Shown one piece after another: positions 25,111-39,135 of a DNA stretch of 64,000 nucleotides. The notes beneath the pieces are model-generated. The model was not told the origin of the DNA. It saw nothing but the letters and a program-made list of their open reading frames with translations, and did not search any database. The translations under genes and the position numbers were made by a program. The DNA comes from Hypanus sabinus (lineage: Eukaryota). The stretch spans positions 124,248,001 to 124,312,000 of the forward strand of contig NC_082707.1 of assembly GCF_030144855.1 (NCBI RefSeq), given 5' to 3'. Numbering within the stretch: position 1 is the stretch's first letter; each line of letters opens with the position of its first letter.

Positions 25111-25769
25111 CCCAATTGCCCTCTGCCATGATTCAATTACTTTGTGTTGCTTTATCATCTGTGCTGGACATGGCTCCTGCTGTCAAATTCATAATTGTAA
25201 CCCTGACCTTCCCCTCCAGTCAGACCCTTGTCTGATAAAGATGATGGTAAAGTGGGAGAATAAAGAACTTTTTCTCAACATTCTTTGTAGTGTGGAAAGT
25301 GCCATTCACCTTGTCTCTGACACCAAAACATATCCTTTAGTAAAGTCTTTCCATGATCTCCTTAACCCATTTTCTGTTGTTCTGTTTAGGAGGATTACTT
25401 CAGGATTATGGTGGGGGAGGGAAGTTAAGGCTCACCTCCCCTGTACTCCATTGATAATCTCCAGCTATCCGGCAGGGCTGCACAGCCACAGGGTTTGTAA
25501 AAACAGAACAGAACAAAAATAAATGCTGGAAACAGCAGGTGGGATCCCATTCCAGCTATAAGTAGAGTGAAGGGATTTCTCAAGGCTGTTAAGACCAGTT
25601 GTTTAAACTACACAAACCACTCACATCCTGTAATTAGCTTGGAAGAGATCAACTTCCACCATGGCAAACTTTCCCGATTCTTTACCATACCTGTTATTTG
25701 TTCTACTCTATCATTTGTATAGATGCACCACAGGGAACATCCTTATCAATATGCATCAATGCTTATCCA

Positions 25770-27285
25770 TAAAGAACTACAGCATAGAAACAGGCTCCAT
25801 GACCCATTTAGTCCAGGCCAACCCACTTAAACTGCCTACTCCCATCGATTGGCACCTGGACCGCAACCCCCCATATCCTTCCCATCATGTACCTATCCAA
25901 ACTTCCCTTAAACGTTGAAATTGTATTCAGCACTTGCACTGGCAGCTCGCTCTCTCACCACCCTCTGAGTGAAGATGTTTCACCTCATGTTCCCCTTAAA
26001 CTTTCACCTTTCACCCTTAACCGGTGACCTTTCATTGTATGTAGTCTGATCCAATCTCAGTCGAAACAGCCTGCTTGCATTTATCCTATCTATATCCCTC
26101 ATAATTTTGCAAACCCAGATCCAATCTCCCTTCAATCTTCTACATTCGAGGGAATAAATTTCTAGCCTATTCAACCTTCATTATAACTCAGGTCCTCCAA
26201 TCCTGGCAACATCCTTGAAGTTTTTTTCTGTATTCTTTCAGTCTTATTTACATCTTTCCTGTAGGTAGGTGACCAAAACTGCACACAATACTCCAAATTA
26301 GGCCTCACCAATGTCTTATACAACTTCAACATAACATCCCATCTCTTGTACTCAGTACTTTTGATCTATGAAGGCCAACTTTTATGACTATGAAACTATG
26401 AAAGCTTTTATGACCATATCTACCTGTGATGCCACTTTCAATGAATTATGAACCTGTATTATCAGATCCTTTTGTTGCCTAACCGTTCACTGTGTAAGAC
26501 CTACCCTGGTTAGCCCTCCCAAGGTGCAATACTTCTCTGCATTAAATTCCATCTGCCATTTTTCAGCCCATTTTTCCAACTGGTGTAGCTCTGCTGCAAG
26601 TTCTGATGGTCTTCCTCTCTGTCCACTACACCCCCAATCTTGGTGTCATCAGATCCAGTTAACCACGTCATCATCCGGATCACTGATAGAGGTGACAAAC
26701 AACAAAGAATCCGGCACTGATCTAAGTGGCACACCTCTAGTCACAGGCTTCCATTCAGAGGAGCAATCCTCCACTACCACTCTCTCGTTTCTCCCACAAA
26801 GGCAATGTCTAATTCAATTTACTACCTCACCTTGAAAGCCAAGCCAAGCCACTGAACTTTCTTGACCAACCTCCATGAGGTACCTTGTCAAATGCCTTGC
26901 TGAAGTCCACGTAGACAATATCCTTGAGACAATATACTCGAGTACCTCATGTGTACCTACTTACCTATACTTGCTATGCACTTCTTTTTTCAAATATATT
27001 AACAAATATATATTTATTAATATATTTGTAATTTCTATATATACAAATATATATTTGTTAATATATTTGTATATTTGTTTTTATAATTTGTATATATATT
27101 TTTCTATATATATATTTCAATATCTCTTGAAAACCAAGCTTTCCTAAACTTGTTATCCTGCCTTTTATTCTAACAGGCACATACAAACTTCTCCTTTGCA
27201 GGCCTCCCACTTACCAAGTACACCTTTGCCAGAAAACGGCCTGTCCCAACCGGCACTTGCCTTAACCTTTCTGATAACAGTAAAA
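25770..27285 (-). mobile_element. Decayed CR1 LINE with large internal deletions and an AT-rich expansion (26990-27125)
   Basis: Collinear with the CR1 at 3296-6700, e.g. TCCCCTTAAACTTTCACC, DDTKIGGVVD and CCTCCCACTTACCAAGTACACCTTTGCC. Confidence 0.85.
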
Positions 27286-28309
27286 TTTGTATAGTGTCTG
27301 CTCCTGCTCAGTTCCACAAGAAATTGCAGAGATTTGTGGACACAGCTCAGTCCACCAGAAAAATAAGTCTCCCCTAAATGGCCTTCTTGCTGCCTTATCA
27401 AGTGTCCATCTAATTCTGCCTTAATATGTACTCAAAGACTTTGCTTTCACTGCCAGTTAAGGAAGTCTCAAAGGCTGACAACTGTCAAGGAAAATAAAAC
27501 CCTAAATGGGCGTCCACCCTATCAAGATCTTTCAGGATCCGTCATTTCAATCATTTCCTCTCACTGTTATACACTCTGATAGATGCAGGCCCACTGTTTC
27601 CGGCCTTTACTCACAGTACTATGTACCCAATCCAGATACCAGCCTAGAAGACCACCTTTGAACTCTTTACAACTCATTAACGTCCTTCCTTATATAAAGA
27701 CTGATGCCATACGCAATACTCAACATGTAATCTCACAAATGCATTATAAGTGAAACTCAGCCACTCTCCTTTTATATTCAATCCTGTAGCAATAAATAAT
27801 AATCTAGTTTTCTTTCCCAATTATTTTCTGTAACTGTATAGGAATCTGTGAATCATGCACTCTGTGACCCAGGTCCCCCGGGCAACTTAGCAATCTCTCA
27901 CCACTTAAGAATTAAGGGACTTTATTTTTCCTCTAAAAACAGAAAATGATTGCTAAAGAAATTTGGTGTTTCCTACTTAACCTTCACTGATTCTTACTGA
28001 TGTGTCACCGTTAAAAAAAAATGCTATCCTGATGCATCATGATTTGGTACAGCAACTGCTCTGCCTGGGACCACATGAAACCGCAGAATACTGTGGGCAG
28101 CTCAGCACGTTATGGAAGCCTTCCTCCCATCCTTGGAGATACCTCAGTAAATCAGCCAACATACTCAAAGACCCCACCCACCCTGGACATTCTCTCTCCT
28201 ACCCCTTCCCATCAGGTAGAAGATACAAAATCCTGAAAGCATAGACCCTCGGCACAAGGGAAGTTTCTATCCAGCTGTTATAAGGCTGTTGAATGTGCTT
28301 CGTCGTCTT

Positions 28310-28530
28310 ATTGTATTTAGAGATACAGCAAGGTAACAGGCTCTTCTGGCCCAATAAGCCTGTGCTGCCCAATTACACCCACATTGCACCTGCTAACCCA
28401 TTTGGTTCTGGAAAGTGGGAGGAATCCGGAGCTCGCGGAGAAAACCCACGTGATCACAGGAAGAGCACAGAAACTTTTTACTGACGGCGACAAAACTGAA
28501 CCCAATGCTGCAACAGCATTGTACATTATG
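28310..28530 (-). mobile_element. V-SINE copy
   Basis: GTGGGAGGAATCCGGAGCTCGCGGAGAAAACCCACGTGATCACAGGAAGAG, same family as 14822-15077. Confidence 0.7.
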
Positions 28531-30379
28531 GTGGACGACACTCAATCTGCCCCATTACAGCCCTGAACCTTATCATCCATCTACAGTGTATTTTCTCTGT
28601 AACTATATTCTGCATTGTGTTATTGCTTTTCCCTTGTACTACCCTGATGTGATGGAATGGTCTGTATAAAAGGCAGCATGTAATGCCAAGTTTTTCCCAC
28701 TGCATTGACAATAATAAACAAAGTTGGCAATTTGTCATCCCTAAGCTCCATGACCTGCATTGACTTCTGGTGCCAAATTCAGAATTCTAACCACATTCCT
28801 AGCTCTCATCTATAACCCTGCTGAGCTGTGAGCTCTGGCCTCCTGTCCATCGTGCACTCACACACTCTTGACATCCATGTCCTGAGCTGACCAGGCAGCA
28901 AGTCTCAAAATACCATCACTAGCTTTCTTTACCTTATTTGCATTCTACACCTACCTCCTTAATTAGCAAAGCTGATTAAATGCTTGATCATCTCCACCTC
29001 TGCCTCATAACCAAATTGCATTAGAGGATTGCTCCCAACTGATTATTACACATTGCTCCCAATGAGCACTCAAGTTAAAAGATTATGTAACGGCACTCTG
29101 GTCCCTCCAATCCCCGACAGCTGGCACTTTGTAACCAATTCTGAATACTGACCAGTTGCCTCATGATCTGATACAGCAATACGAACGTACAGGAATGCAA
29201 GGAGCTGGGAGAGTAGTGGAGTCAACCTAATATATCACAGGCACATTCTTCCTCACCACCTAAAGTGTCTACATGAGGTGCTGTCTCATGTCATCTACAA
29301 GAAGATGACATCCAAAGATCCCCACATTTCTAGGCTATGTCATCTTCTCATGGCCACCATTGGGCAGGAGGTAGAGAAATATGAATTATCACACCATGAG
29401 GTTCAACCCAATGAAACACACACAAAACACTGGAGGAATCCAGCAGGCCAGGCAGCATCTATGGAAAAGAGTAAACAGCCGATGTTCTGAGCCGAGACCG
29501 TTCATCAGGTTGAGCTTCCACTTGGATCTGGAAACCAGCACAGCTCAAATTACTATTTATATCACTGCGACCACTTTGCTTTATAACGGACATCTTTCTT
29601 TCATTCTAATTGTGCTCTTGCTTATATAATTTTGTGTAATTCATGTTTTCTTGGAAAAGATGTGAATTCAATACTATGTGCCAGTGATGCTGTTGCCAAG
29701 TGAATTTTTTGTTGACCCTGTATATTTACATGGAGCACTGCGACAAGAAAACCAACCATCAAACACCCCCACCATCCAGGCCATATCCTCTTCTCACTAC
29801 TGCCATTGCGTCAGGATGCACCAGTAAGCTCAGGGACAGTCACTACCCTACAACTGCCATCCTCTTGATTTGGCATGAATGACTTCATTCACCACTACTC
29901 TGAACTGATTCTACAAACTACAGCTTAGGTTTCAAGGACTCTTTACATCTCTTGTTCTCAGTATTATTTTTATATGCACTTTTTTTTTTACACTTTGGTG
30001 TTTGTCAGTATTTTGCTGTATGAGTGTCATTTTTTTTTGGAAAAGTCTACTGTATTTCCTTTTCCCTGTGAACGTCTGCAAGAAAATTAACTTCCAGGTA
30101 GTATATGGCAATGAATACACATTGATAAACAAACTTACTTGAAAACTTTTACTTGTACTTGGGCAGATGGCCATAAGTTAGACTCAGCTGGATCACAGGC
30201 AGTTTTGGTGAACAAGGGTTCTATCCACAGTATAACAGATTCATTGAAGATCAAGAAACTACAGGCTCCTTCCCCATATATTTGCAACTACGAAAATAAT
30301 TTGCATTAATGTGGCACCTTTACAACCCAAGAACACCCATGCTCATGTTGTACTTTTGAAATGTAGACACTGCTTCATG

Positions 30380-30939
30380 CACTCAGTAGCCACTTCATTA
30401 GATATTTCCTGTACCTGCTAAAGGGGCCACTGAGTGTACATTCGTGGTCTTTTCTGCGGTAGCCCATCCTCTTCATGGTTTGACATGTTGTGCATTCAGA
30501 GGTGCTCTTCTGCACACCACCTTTGTACACATGGTTATTTGGTTATAGTCTCTTTCCTGTCAGCTTGAACCAGTCCAGTCATTCTCCTCTGACATCTCTC
30601 ACTAACAAGGTATTTTCATCCACAGAGCCGCTCTCGCTCAATATTATTTTGTTCTCACGTCATTCTCTGTAAACTCTAGACTGCTGTATGTGAAAATCCC
30701 AGGAGATCGGAAGTTTTTGAGATACTCAAACCACCCCATCTGGCATCAACAATCATTCCATGGTCAAAGTCACTTAGATCATAATTCCTCCCCATTCTGA
30801 TGTTTGGTCTGAACAACAACTGAACCTCATGACCACATCCGCAAACTTTTATGCACTGAGTTGCTAGTACGTGATTGGCTGATTAGATATTTGCATTAAT
30901 GAGGTGTACAGGTGTATCTAATAAATTGACTACTGAGTG
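30380..30939 (-). mobile_element. Tc1/mariner-derived non-autonomous transposon (MITE)
   Basis: TIRs CACTCAGTAGCCACTTCATTAGATA / TATCTAATAAATTGACTACTGAGTG followed by TA. The minus strand from the ATG at 30795 encodes MGRNYDLSDFDHGMIVDARWGGLSISKTSDLLGFSHTAV, a Tc1 transposase HTH N-terminus. Confidence 0.9.
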
Positions 30940-32989
30940 TATTGGAAACATTACTCACTGGGCAAAGGTCTGTGTGCAAGATATAACTTTCAGCTGTCAA
31001 GAGAAGAGCTGGTTTAAAAATGTTCTCACATTCACAGTGCAAGAATAAGAATCAGCAAACCGGTTACCCGGTTACTATCTTTGATAGTAAAACACCTGGA
31101 AGTGCACCACAACATCATAATCAGTCCAAATCTGCTCTGCGTGCAGCAAGTTAATGATAGATCACCGGAACATTAGCCAAAGCAGCAGCCTTTAAAGAGC
31201 AGTTAACAGGAGAGGGTGTAAGAGAAAGGTACAGAGAAGAAATTCTAGGGTGAAGAGCTAAATAACCAAGAAATACATTGCAGCCAAAACTGGAGCCATG
31301 GACAATGGTGAGATGATGTACATGGCACCTTAAAAAGCAAGTGGTCAATTAATCTACCAACCCACACACATTTGGGGGGAGTAGAAAACACCCAAAATAA
31401 CCGCATCCAAGGATCACTAATATGCTCGATCAGCACAGTGAATTCATGAGTCTTGCATTTACAAATTTTAGTTAGAATTCTGCTGGCAGCCAGACCAGAG
31501 TGAGGTGCTTGAGCAAACCATAATCTAGGCTGCAGTATTGTCCAGTGAGACTTCTCTTCTCACATAGGCAGGAGTAGATCACTCAAAACAACTCCTCAAC
31601 CATCCCTTCAGATTCTGACAGAGTCACACTGCTACCTGTGGGATGAGTTGCTGCCCCCATTCCCTACCCTTGAATTGGAAGTAGCACAAGATCAGACACC
31701 ACGAAAACAAAACAGGCTAAATAAGTGCACCTGACGAAGGGTTTCCACCTGAAACAACGACTGTGCTTCTTTTTTTTCCACAGATGCTGCCTGTCCTGCT
31801 GAGTCCCTCTAGCATTCTGTGTGTGTAGCTCGGATCTCCAGCATCTGCAGATTTTCTCCCGTTTGTAAATAAAGCCACTGTCAGTACCATAACTTTACTC
31901 CAAAGACCATGGCAGTGTGGTGTGATCTAAATAAAATTAACACCACAGCGGATATTGGAGCATCTCTGTCTCTCCTCTTCTAGGGAGTTTCTTATATTCA
32001 CCTAAGGAATCAATGCACCATGCAATCACACAATTAATCACACTCTTCAGCTCTTCACCCACAACCAGGCAAATTTTTCCTCTTGCAGGGCCTATCCAAT
32101 TTTACTTTCAAAGGAATGAATGAATGAAACTGCTACCATTTTAGGCACTAAAGACTACAAATCACCTCATTAACACAACTTTTCATTTTGCCCTTGGATC
32201 TTTTGCCAACAATCACCATTCATTTGTGACCCACCTGTCAGTGGAACTAGTTACGAGGAAGGACCGGGGCAACTTGATTTTTTTCTCTTTTACTGTCTTT
32301 TTAATGTGCCAAAATGCTTCAAAGCCAGCAAACTATCTTTGAAGTTCAGTCTGTGTAACTTAGGAAATGCAGCAGCCAAACTGAGCACAGTAAATACCTC
32401 AATAGTAATGTGATAATCACAAAATAACCTTCAGGCAGAAAGAAATTTCCAGGAACATTTTGGCTAACACTTCCATTTTCCTTTAAAACGCAATGCCGGA
32501 TCTATTACCACCAACTGAGTGGGTAGACAGAGCCTTAACTCAAAAGGTTTTTCTTGTCTCTTTATGGTTGTCAGATGATTATTGTGTTTAACTGAGGTGC
32601 AGAATTTAGGAGATAGCATTTTTTTAAAAAACAGAAGGTCAAGATCCATCTGTTCCCCCTTCAATATTGTGGTCATCACATAATATACCAGATAGTTACT
32701 ACAGCAATGACACAAACTGTTAATCCACATCAGAACAGAATGCAAATAGAGGAAAGACTAACAGAGAGAAACTTTGGTGACCCTGGGTCAAAGTATAATT
32801 TCTATTTACATAGACTAAGTGTGAATTGTTGAAAGAGCAGCATTTACTACCCAACATTAAGTCTTCTTGAAAAGGTAAATAACCTACAACCTCACTCATT
32901 TGTGAGTGACTGTATTCCTTAAGGTTGTTATAGCCGGGGTTGATAAAGGGACAATATCCCACTTTTTATAAATGCTCCCAATGGCATGC

Positions 32990-33460
32990 ATCTCAAATAG
33001 CCTCTGACAACTAAGTCCAACTCCTATCCTTCACACATGGCTTAGCTACTAAGCTCAGTGGAACCATTTCTACGGACAAGAGAAGGGGCAAAGAGGGCTT
33101 ACTGGTGCCTTAAAACTAGTCGCTTCAGACAGATGGCAAGAGAAGGAAAACTCTGACCTCAACGCTCTGCTGCCTTGTGGTCATACCCACTCAAGGGAAA
33201 GGCTTCGGGAGTAAACCCCAAGGAAAAAATCTGGAGCTAGAGTCCCTAAGCCAGCCTTACATTGAGTATAATGCTGTCTGGCAACTCCTGCGACACAGCT
33301 GGTGCCAAACTGTATCTGTCTCTGCTGTTCCTTTGCTTTCACCAGATGTGTGGACAGGGGGAGATTGCTACATGGGCAACAGCTCGCTCTTCATATCGTA
33401 CTGCTCTGGCTTGCACATCTAGACAGCTAGGACGCAACATCCATCGTCGACCCTGACCAA
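32990..33460 (+). mobile_element. Probable RTE-related interspersed repeat
   Basis: GC-richer block with motifs such as GAGAAGGAAAACTCTGA, recalled from RTE-type 5' regions. Family assignment is uncertain. Confidence 0.35.
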
Positions 33461-35689
33461 AGATGTGTATTCCTACCATCCTGAACACCTACAGGCATTT
33501 GACCAAGATGGAAATCAAATGTTTTTTATTACAAGATGGAAGTGTTCCCATGCATCTGCTATCCTAGAGAGGTAGGGATAAGGGTGCTGGGATTATTGTG
33601 TTTTCAACAGTAAAGAGTTTCTACAAAGTATTGGAGAAACAGTAGTAGTAAGACAGTGGTGCACCAAATGTGGAGTAAATATTTAAAATTAAGTACAAAG
33701 TACCGAACGAATAGACCATTTAACTTTCCATATTATTTGGACTGAACATCACCAAACAGAACACATTCCTTCACACCCTTAATTTGTGCACCCTAAATGG
33801 AGAAATGCTTTTGGAATCCAAGAGGCGAGTGACCCATCACAAATACTCAAATTCCACCAGTGATGGAATGGGCCAGGTGTCAACTCGCCAGTCAGTTTCT
33901 GCAGAGTGTTGAAAGTGGAGAGTTTGACAATGGTTATACTGTTGAATAGGAATATAGGTAGATTTTCTAAAGGAGTAGTCACTGCCTGGCATGACATAAC
34001 TGTTACCTGCAACCGATCAGACCAAGCCCGATTAAAGCTTTACTCTATCCTTCAATATATTGTTAATGGATTTGAATAATAATACACACTATCAATGTTC
34101 AACAGATTCTTTAATACTTCACAAAGATTGGAAGATGGCAAATATACCCATCTATTCCAGAAAGAATAAAAAAAGAGACACCATAGACCAGTTAGCTGAT
34201 ATCTGGAGTAGGGCTAGAATGTTAGAATCTATCATTAAGGAAGGGGCCAATAGGTTAATAGGAGTCTGAGCTGATTTATAAAAAGGAATCAATGTTTTAC
34301 AAACTTTGTACTTAGCAGAATAAATGTAAAAAAAAGTGTTATATCAGCACTTTTAAAACAAATTCAATATGACTCCGCACAAGAAACTACGTATTACATA
34401 AAATTAGTGTATGTTATTGGAAATAATTAACTTGCATGGGTTGAAGGCTGGTTAGCAGACAGAAAACAAAGTAGCAATAAAGGGGAATCAAAATGTTGAT
34501 TGTTTAGATATCCAGCATTTTTCATTTCCTGGTTTACATCATAATGGCTGTTTATCTTATGCTTCTTGTATCAATACAGCCTTTGAGATAGGTTCCACCA
34601 CCTTACCATTAACAGTCGTTACGTAGACCAAGCGGCTTAATGTACTCCAATTGTTAAAACAGCTCAACCCTGTCTGTTACAGACATCACCTTTCTTCTGC
34701 ACAAAGGGGATGTCTTTGTTCTCTCCCATATTCTTTCCTATTGAAAACTAACTTGACTCTTTCCCAGTTCCGATAAAAGGTCACGGACCTAAAACATTGA
34801 CCATCTTTTTCCACAGGTGCTGGCCAGTGCTCCCGACATTTTCTTTTTAATCAGATATTCGGAACAGGAAGGTTACTTTTGAGTTGGAAGAATGTAATTA
34901 ACGGGGCTCTGCCTTGCTCCAATTGCATAGGTCCCTGGTCTGCCTGCAAGTATCATGTACATAACCTGCAGATGTACTGAAGGAAGAATAGTTTCAGTAG
35001 AGGGAGTGCAGTGAAGCACACTACAGTGATCCTCCATGTGATGGGCTTGTTGTATGACAAGTGATGAACACTGAGTTCAGTTTATGCCATTAGAAAATAA
35101 GTCATTCAAGTTCATCATATTTTATTTGTGGACAGGAAGTGTCTGCATTGATTCCTAGCCTTCACAGTACCACAGAATTTGGAAAGAATAACATTTATTT
35201 AGTGCATGGTAGGTGTTGATGGTTGGCATACAGCAGATGGGCAGAAGGGCACATTTCCATGGACCTCTATTCTACTTGTTATATCACTACATATTGAGGA
35301 GAGTCACGGGGTTAACTTCATCTCAAGCATGACACAATTGCTGCGTGTCATGTCTCAAAATAGCCATGTACTGTATCCAAAAGCAGGTACGAGAAAGGGC
35401 TCATTTGGAAACATATGGCCCTTTGATAATCTTTTACCAGTTGGTTGCCAGCACTTTATTTTTGCAAGTTCTTGTGGATTGATCACCTCCCATCTTCTGT
35501 TAGCTTGACATTATGCTGATAGGGTGTCGATCAGCACCCACTTGGACAAGCAGGCCAGCTCATGCTGTTTCCCACTTAACTGTAACAAGCGGACAAATGG
35601 ATCTCAACGATCTGAATGTAAACTGGGAGGAACACTAGAGAAAAAAGCTTCATGCTGAGCATGGGAACAAAAATAACATCACTATTCAA

Positions 35690-36430
35690 GGATTTTATTC
35701 TGAAGAGCTGACTAAAGCAGAGGGTAGTGGGTGTTATTTATATGGGTTTCTGGAAATCTATTGATGGAGACCTGTATAAAATACTTTTAGTTCAAAGTGA
35801 AGCTCATGGAATTGAAGGCATATTATTGACCTGAAAGGGAGGCTAGAAAAATAGGGAAGTCCTCAACTTGGCAGATCATGATCAGTGGCGTCACATCATG
35901 ATGTGTTGGGAGCTCAGCTATTCCCGGCATCAGATAAAGGGTTAGAAAGCTGCCATCAGTTGCTGATCACAGAAAGATCGGTGGCATGGTAAACAGTGTG
36001 GATAGAAGCATTAGATTACAAAGCTATTGATAGGTTAAGTAAACACAAACTGTGGCCAATGATTTTAAGATAGGCAAATGTATGAACATCCACTGTGTAT
36101 CTAAAAAAAGGAAGAGCAGGGTAAAATAATGAAAAGGTAGAAAGCTAATTCATTTCTTGCTTTTATAAAATGGAGGACTGCAGCATAGAGAGAGAGAAGG
36201 TATGCTATATTAGAGAATAAAGATACATCCATTTAAAACTGAGATGAAGAGGAATTTCTTCAGCCTGAAGGCAGTGAATTCATAGAATTCATCACCACAG
36301 AAGGCTGGGAAGGGATTGATAGGTTCCTGACTAATAAAGGGTATTGAGGCTTATGGGGAGAAGGTGAAAATGGGGCTGAACAGCCATGAGTGAATGGAGC
36401 AGAACAGCCCGCTTCTGTTCCTATATCTTA
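35690..36430 (+). mobile_element. Old CR1 fragment; similar old pieces at 34100-34490 and 34860-35100
   Basis: Decayed IYMGF.KS.D..P..LL.Q.EAHGIEG, SVADHRKIGG and PFKTEMKRNFFSLKAVN segments. Confidence 0.7.
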
Positions 36431-36727
36431 CAATCTTATACAAAGCCACTTCTAGGGCATTGAGGTGGTCAGAAATCATTCAGCTCATGGACTCCAAAAA
36501 CCCTCTCTGTGTACAATGTTCCCCTAAGACTCCCTCTAAACTTGCAAAATCTCACTTTAAACATGAGCTTAGACACCCCTACAATGGGAAACAAATTTTA
36601 TTATCTCGTCCCTCAATTTTATACACCTCCATCTCCTCCGCTCCAGGAAAGACAAACCCAGTGTCTTCTTATAACAGAGATGTTTCAATCCAGGCAGCTT
36701 CTTAGTTAATATCCTCTGCATTCTCAC

Positions 36728-37013
36728 TCTACTCCCCTCTCAGGGTGGATATACAGAGCTTTGCAGTGAGAGAAACACCTTCTCAAAAATCAACGGTGAC
36801 AGAAGCTTCCTTCAAGTTCTCAATGAGATCTTAGGTTCTGAAAAGATATTGCTGTTTCAAGGGCAAATAAAGAGGGGATGGAGATGGATGTCTTTATACA
36901 GTGTACTTCAAAGTGAAATCCAAATTAACCTCTGTAGGAAATGCCATAAAAACAGTTTACATACAGGACGTGATGGTCATACAAAATGAACTGCACCTCT
37001 AGAGGCCAGGACA
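36728..37013 (-). repeat. BEL/Pao 3' LTR
   Basis: Aligns end to end with 39136-39433, e.g. AAAGATATTGCTGTTTCAAxGGCAAATAAAGAGGGG and GTTTACATACAGGAxGTGA. Confidence 0.85.
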
Positions 37014-39135
37014 CTTCCTGCCTGGCATCTATATGAAGTCAAACTTAACTTTTGAAACAAAAATCAAATTATCATTTCATTTGGTCTTTGTTAAAGGACT
37101 GGTCTTTAAACAGTCTTACTGCACAGGCTTTAACCGTTCTCACTTCAAAAATATTGTCCTTAATGACATACTTGCTTGTGGTAATGTCTAATGAGAAGGG
37201 AAGTGAGATCTGGTTTGGGAGCAAATTTTGCCCTGTCCAGGATGAGTCCAATTTCACTATCTACAGCAGTGTCTGTGACCTTGAGGTTTGCAACAGCATC
37301 AATAGCTTTAGTTAATGCATCACAGAAGATGCAGAGCTGTTTCTTTTGAGCTGTAGATAGCAGAGTTGTATGTAGGTGCTTGGAACCTTCAAACCTTTAA
37401 GATCCTGAAGGGAAGAACACGACTGTTGCCATTGCTTGTGTTTCTCTTTAGGGAGTGGGACATCCCATTACGAGTGTCTGAAGTCAACTCTTAACATGAA
37501 TCATCCCTCCATACCAACTGGAGCAGCAAATCCAAGAGGGTCAAATAGGCTGTTGATAGTCAATAGCACACCCCAATGCAAAAGGTGTCTTTCAGTATGA
37601 GTAACCTGGAAAGTAAGAGTGCTGTAACAAAGTCCTGTCCAAGGCCCAGAATGCACTGCATAGCAGGGAAATCTTGTCCAAGATCAAGATTCTGTAGACC
37701 TTTGGCAAGATCTTCAGACAGGAAACACTGCCTGACCTCAGCACTGTTGGATGCAATCTTAATACAGTATGAGATTAGACTATACCAACATGTTTCTTCT
37801 GCACTAGAAAATGATTTCAGACCATCGTCAACACAGAAATGCCTTTCCCTGTACCTCCACACTTCAGTGCCAAATTCCTTTTCTCCCTTGAAAACCATCC
37901 TCTTAAGCCATAGATTGCCACAGCTGGCAAGGGGTAGTTAACAAATACATTAAATCTCATGCAGTACTCTGGGATCTCATCATCCAGTTGGTGGTCACAA
38001 AACCACAACAGTCTGAGGTGGTCTTGATGATTGTATCTGACTAGGAAGCTGTGGAACATTAGTCTGATTTCTGCCATCAGTGCCACAGACTCAGTTCTGA
38101 AACACGAGATCCCCAAGCAGACTGTTATCAAGGTTTAGACCCCGCAAGAGCACATTGTTCAGTGATACGTCTTAGAATTGTGCACTTGAATCAGAGACAA
38201 TTTGCATTTGGGCAGATTTCTGGGGTGGTAAACACCAAAGTTGGGCAAATACCAATTTTCTTTGTTGGAATCCGGTAGAGGCGCTAAATCAGCGGGACTG
38301 TTCCTGCAGAGTCTCTCCATGAACTCTACGTAACGATCTTTTATTTGTTTCCCTTCGGAATGTGCAACTGAGAGACACGAGTCTCAGAGAGGGCCTGCTC
38401 TCTGTTATTTGGTAGGAATTATCATGGCAAGCGATAAGCAAGGGGAGTTGCCCATCTTTTGACTCGTCTCTACTAAACTCTGTTCATGATTGAAAGGAAG
38501 ACCTCATCTTTGATGGAAGGTGCCAGTTTATAATCTCCTTCCTGCCTAAACTGGGTTGAGCAGCGGCAAGCACATCAGGGTGCCTGGTTTGCTCACCTAC
38601 AATCTGCTCTTTCACACAGATTTTACTCTCACAGGGTTGAAATTACTTGGATGCCTGTTCTCCAGTACATTAATCTTAAATGACAGTGGGCTGATAAGCT
38701 CCATCGAGGCAGACTTCACCCACTACAGCCTAACTCAGGTCCACTTGTTCGGTACAAGCAGCATTGTGCTGCCCACGTTCCTTATGTACCAAGGATGGTG
38801 TCTCTGCCAAACAGCTGGAGAATCTCAGCAGAAAAGTCAAAGTAGAAGAATCTTGTCAACTATGTCCTGTGAATGGCCGTGTGCAGCTTCAGGAGTTGAG
38901 ATTTCATCCCTGTTGTTGGAAATATGGTCACGTTCAGTCAGGGTCAGCACAAGTGAACAGACCTCCCCATGACAAATCCACGAGCTCTCTTGCAGGCAAC
39001 TTCGCACGATTCAGAACATACCTTTAGGGTGTACAGGGAAACAGGACTTTCAACTTAGATTTGTGCATTGTCATGTACCGCATTCAGATACGTCTCCAGT
39101 TGACAGAAAATGCCTTTGAAGAGTTATCTTTTGAC

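Noticed and set aside
24887-25522. 211-aa plus-strand ORF
   Set aside because: Starts within a Rex-related repeat tail, has no domain signature and no convincing splice context.
26990-27125. AT-rich stretch as a separate element
   Set aside because: Looks like a degenerate (TA)-rich expansion inside a CR1 remnant.
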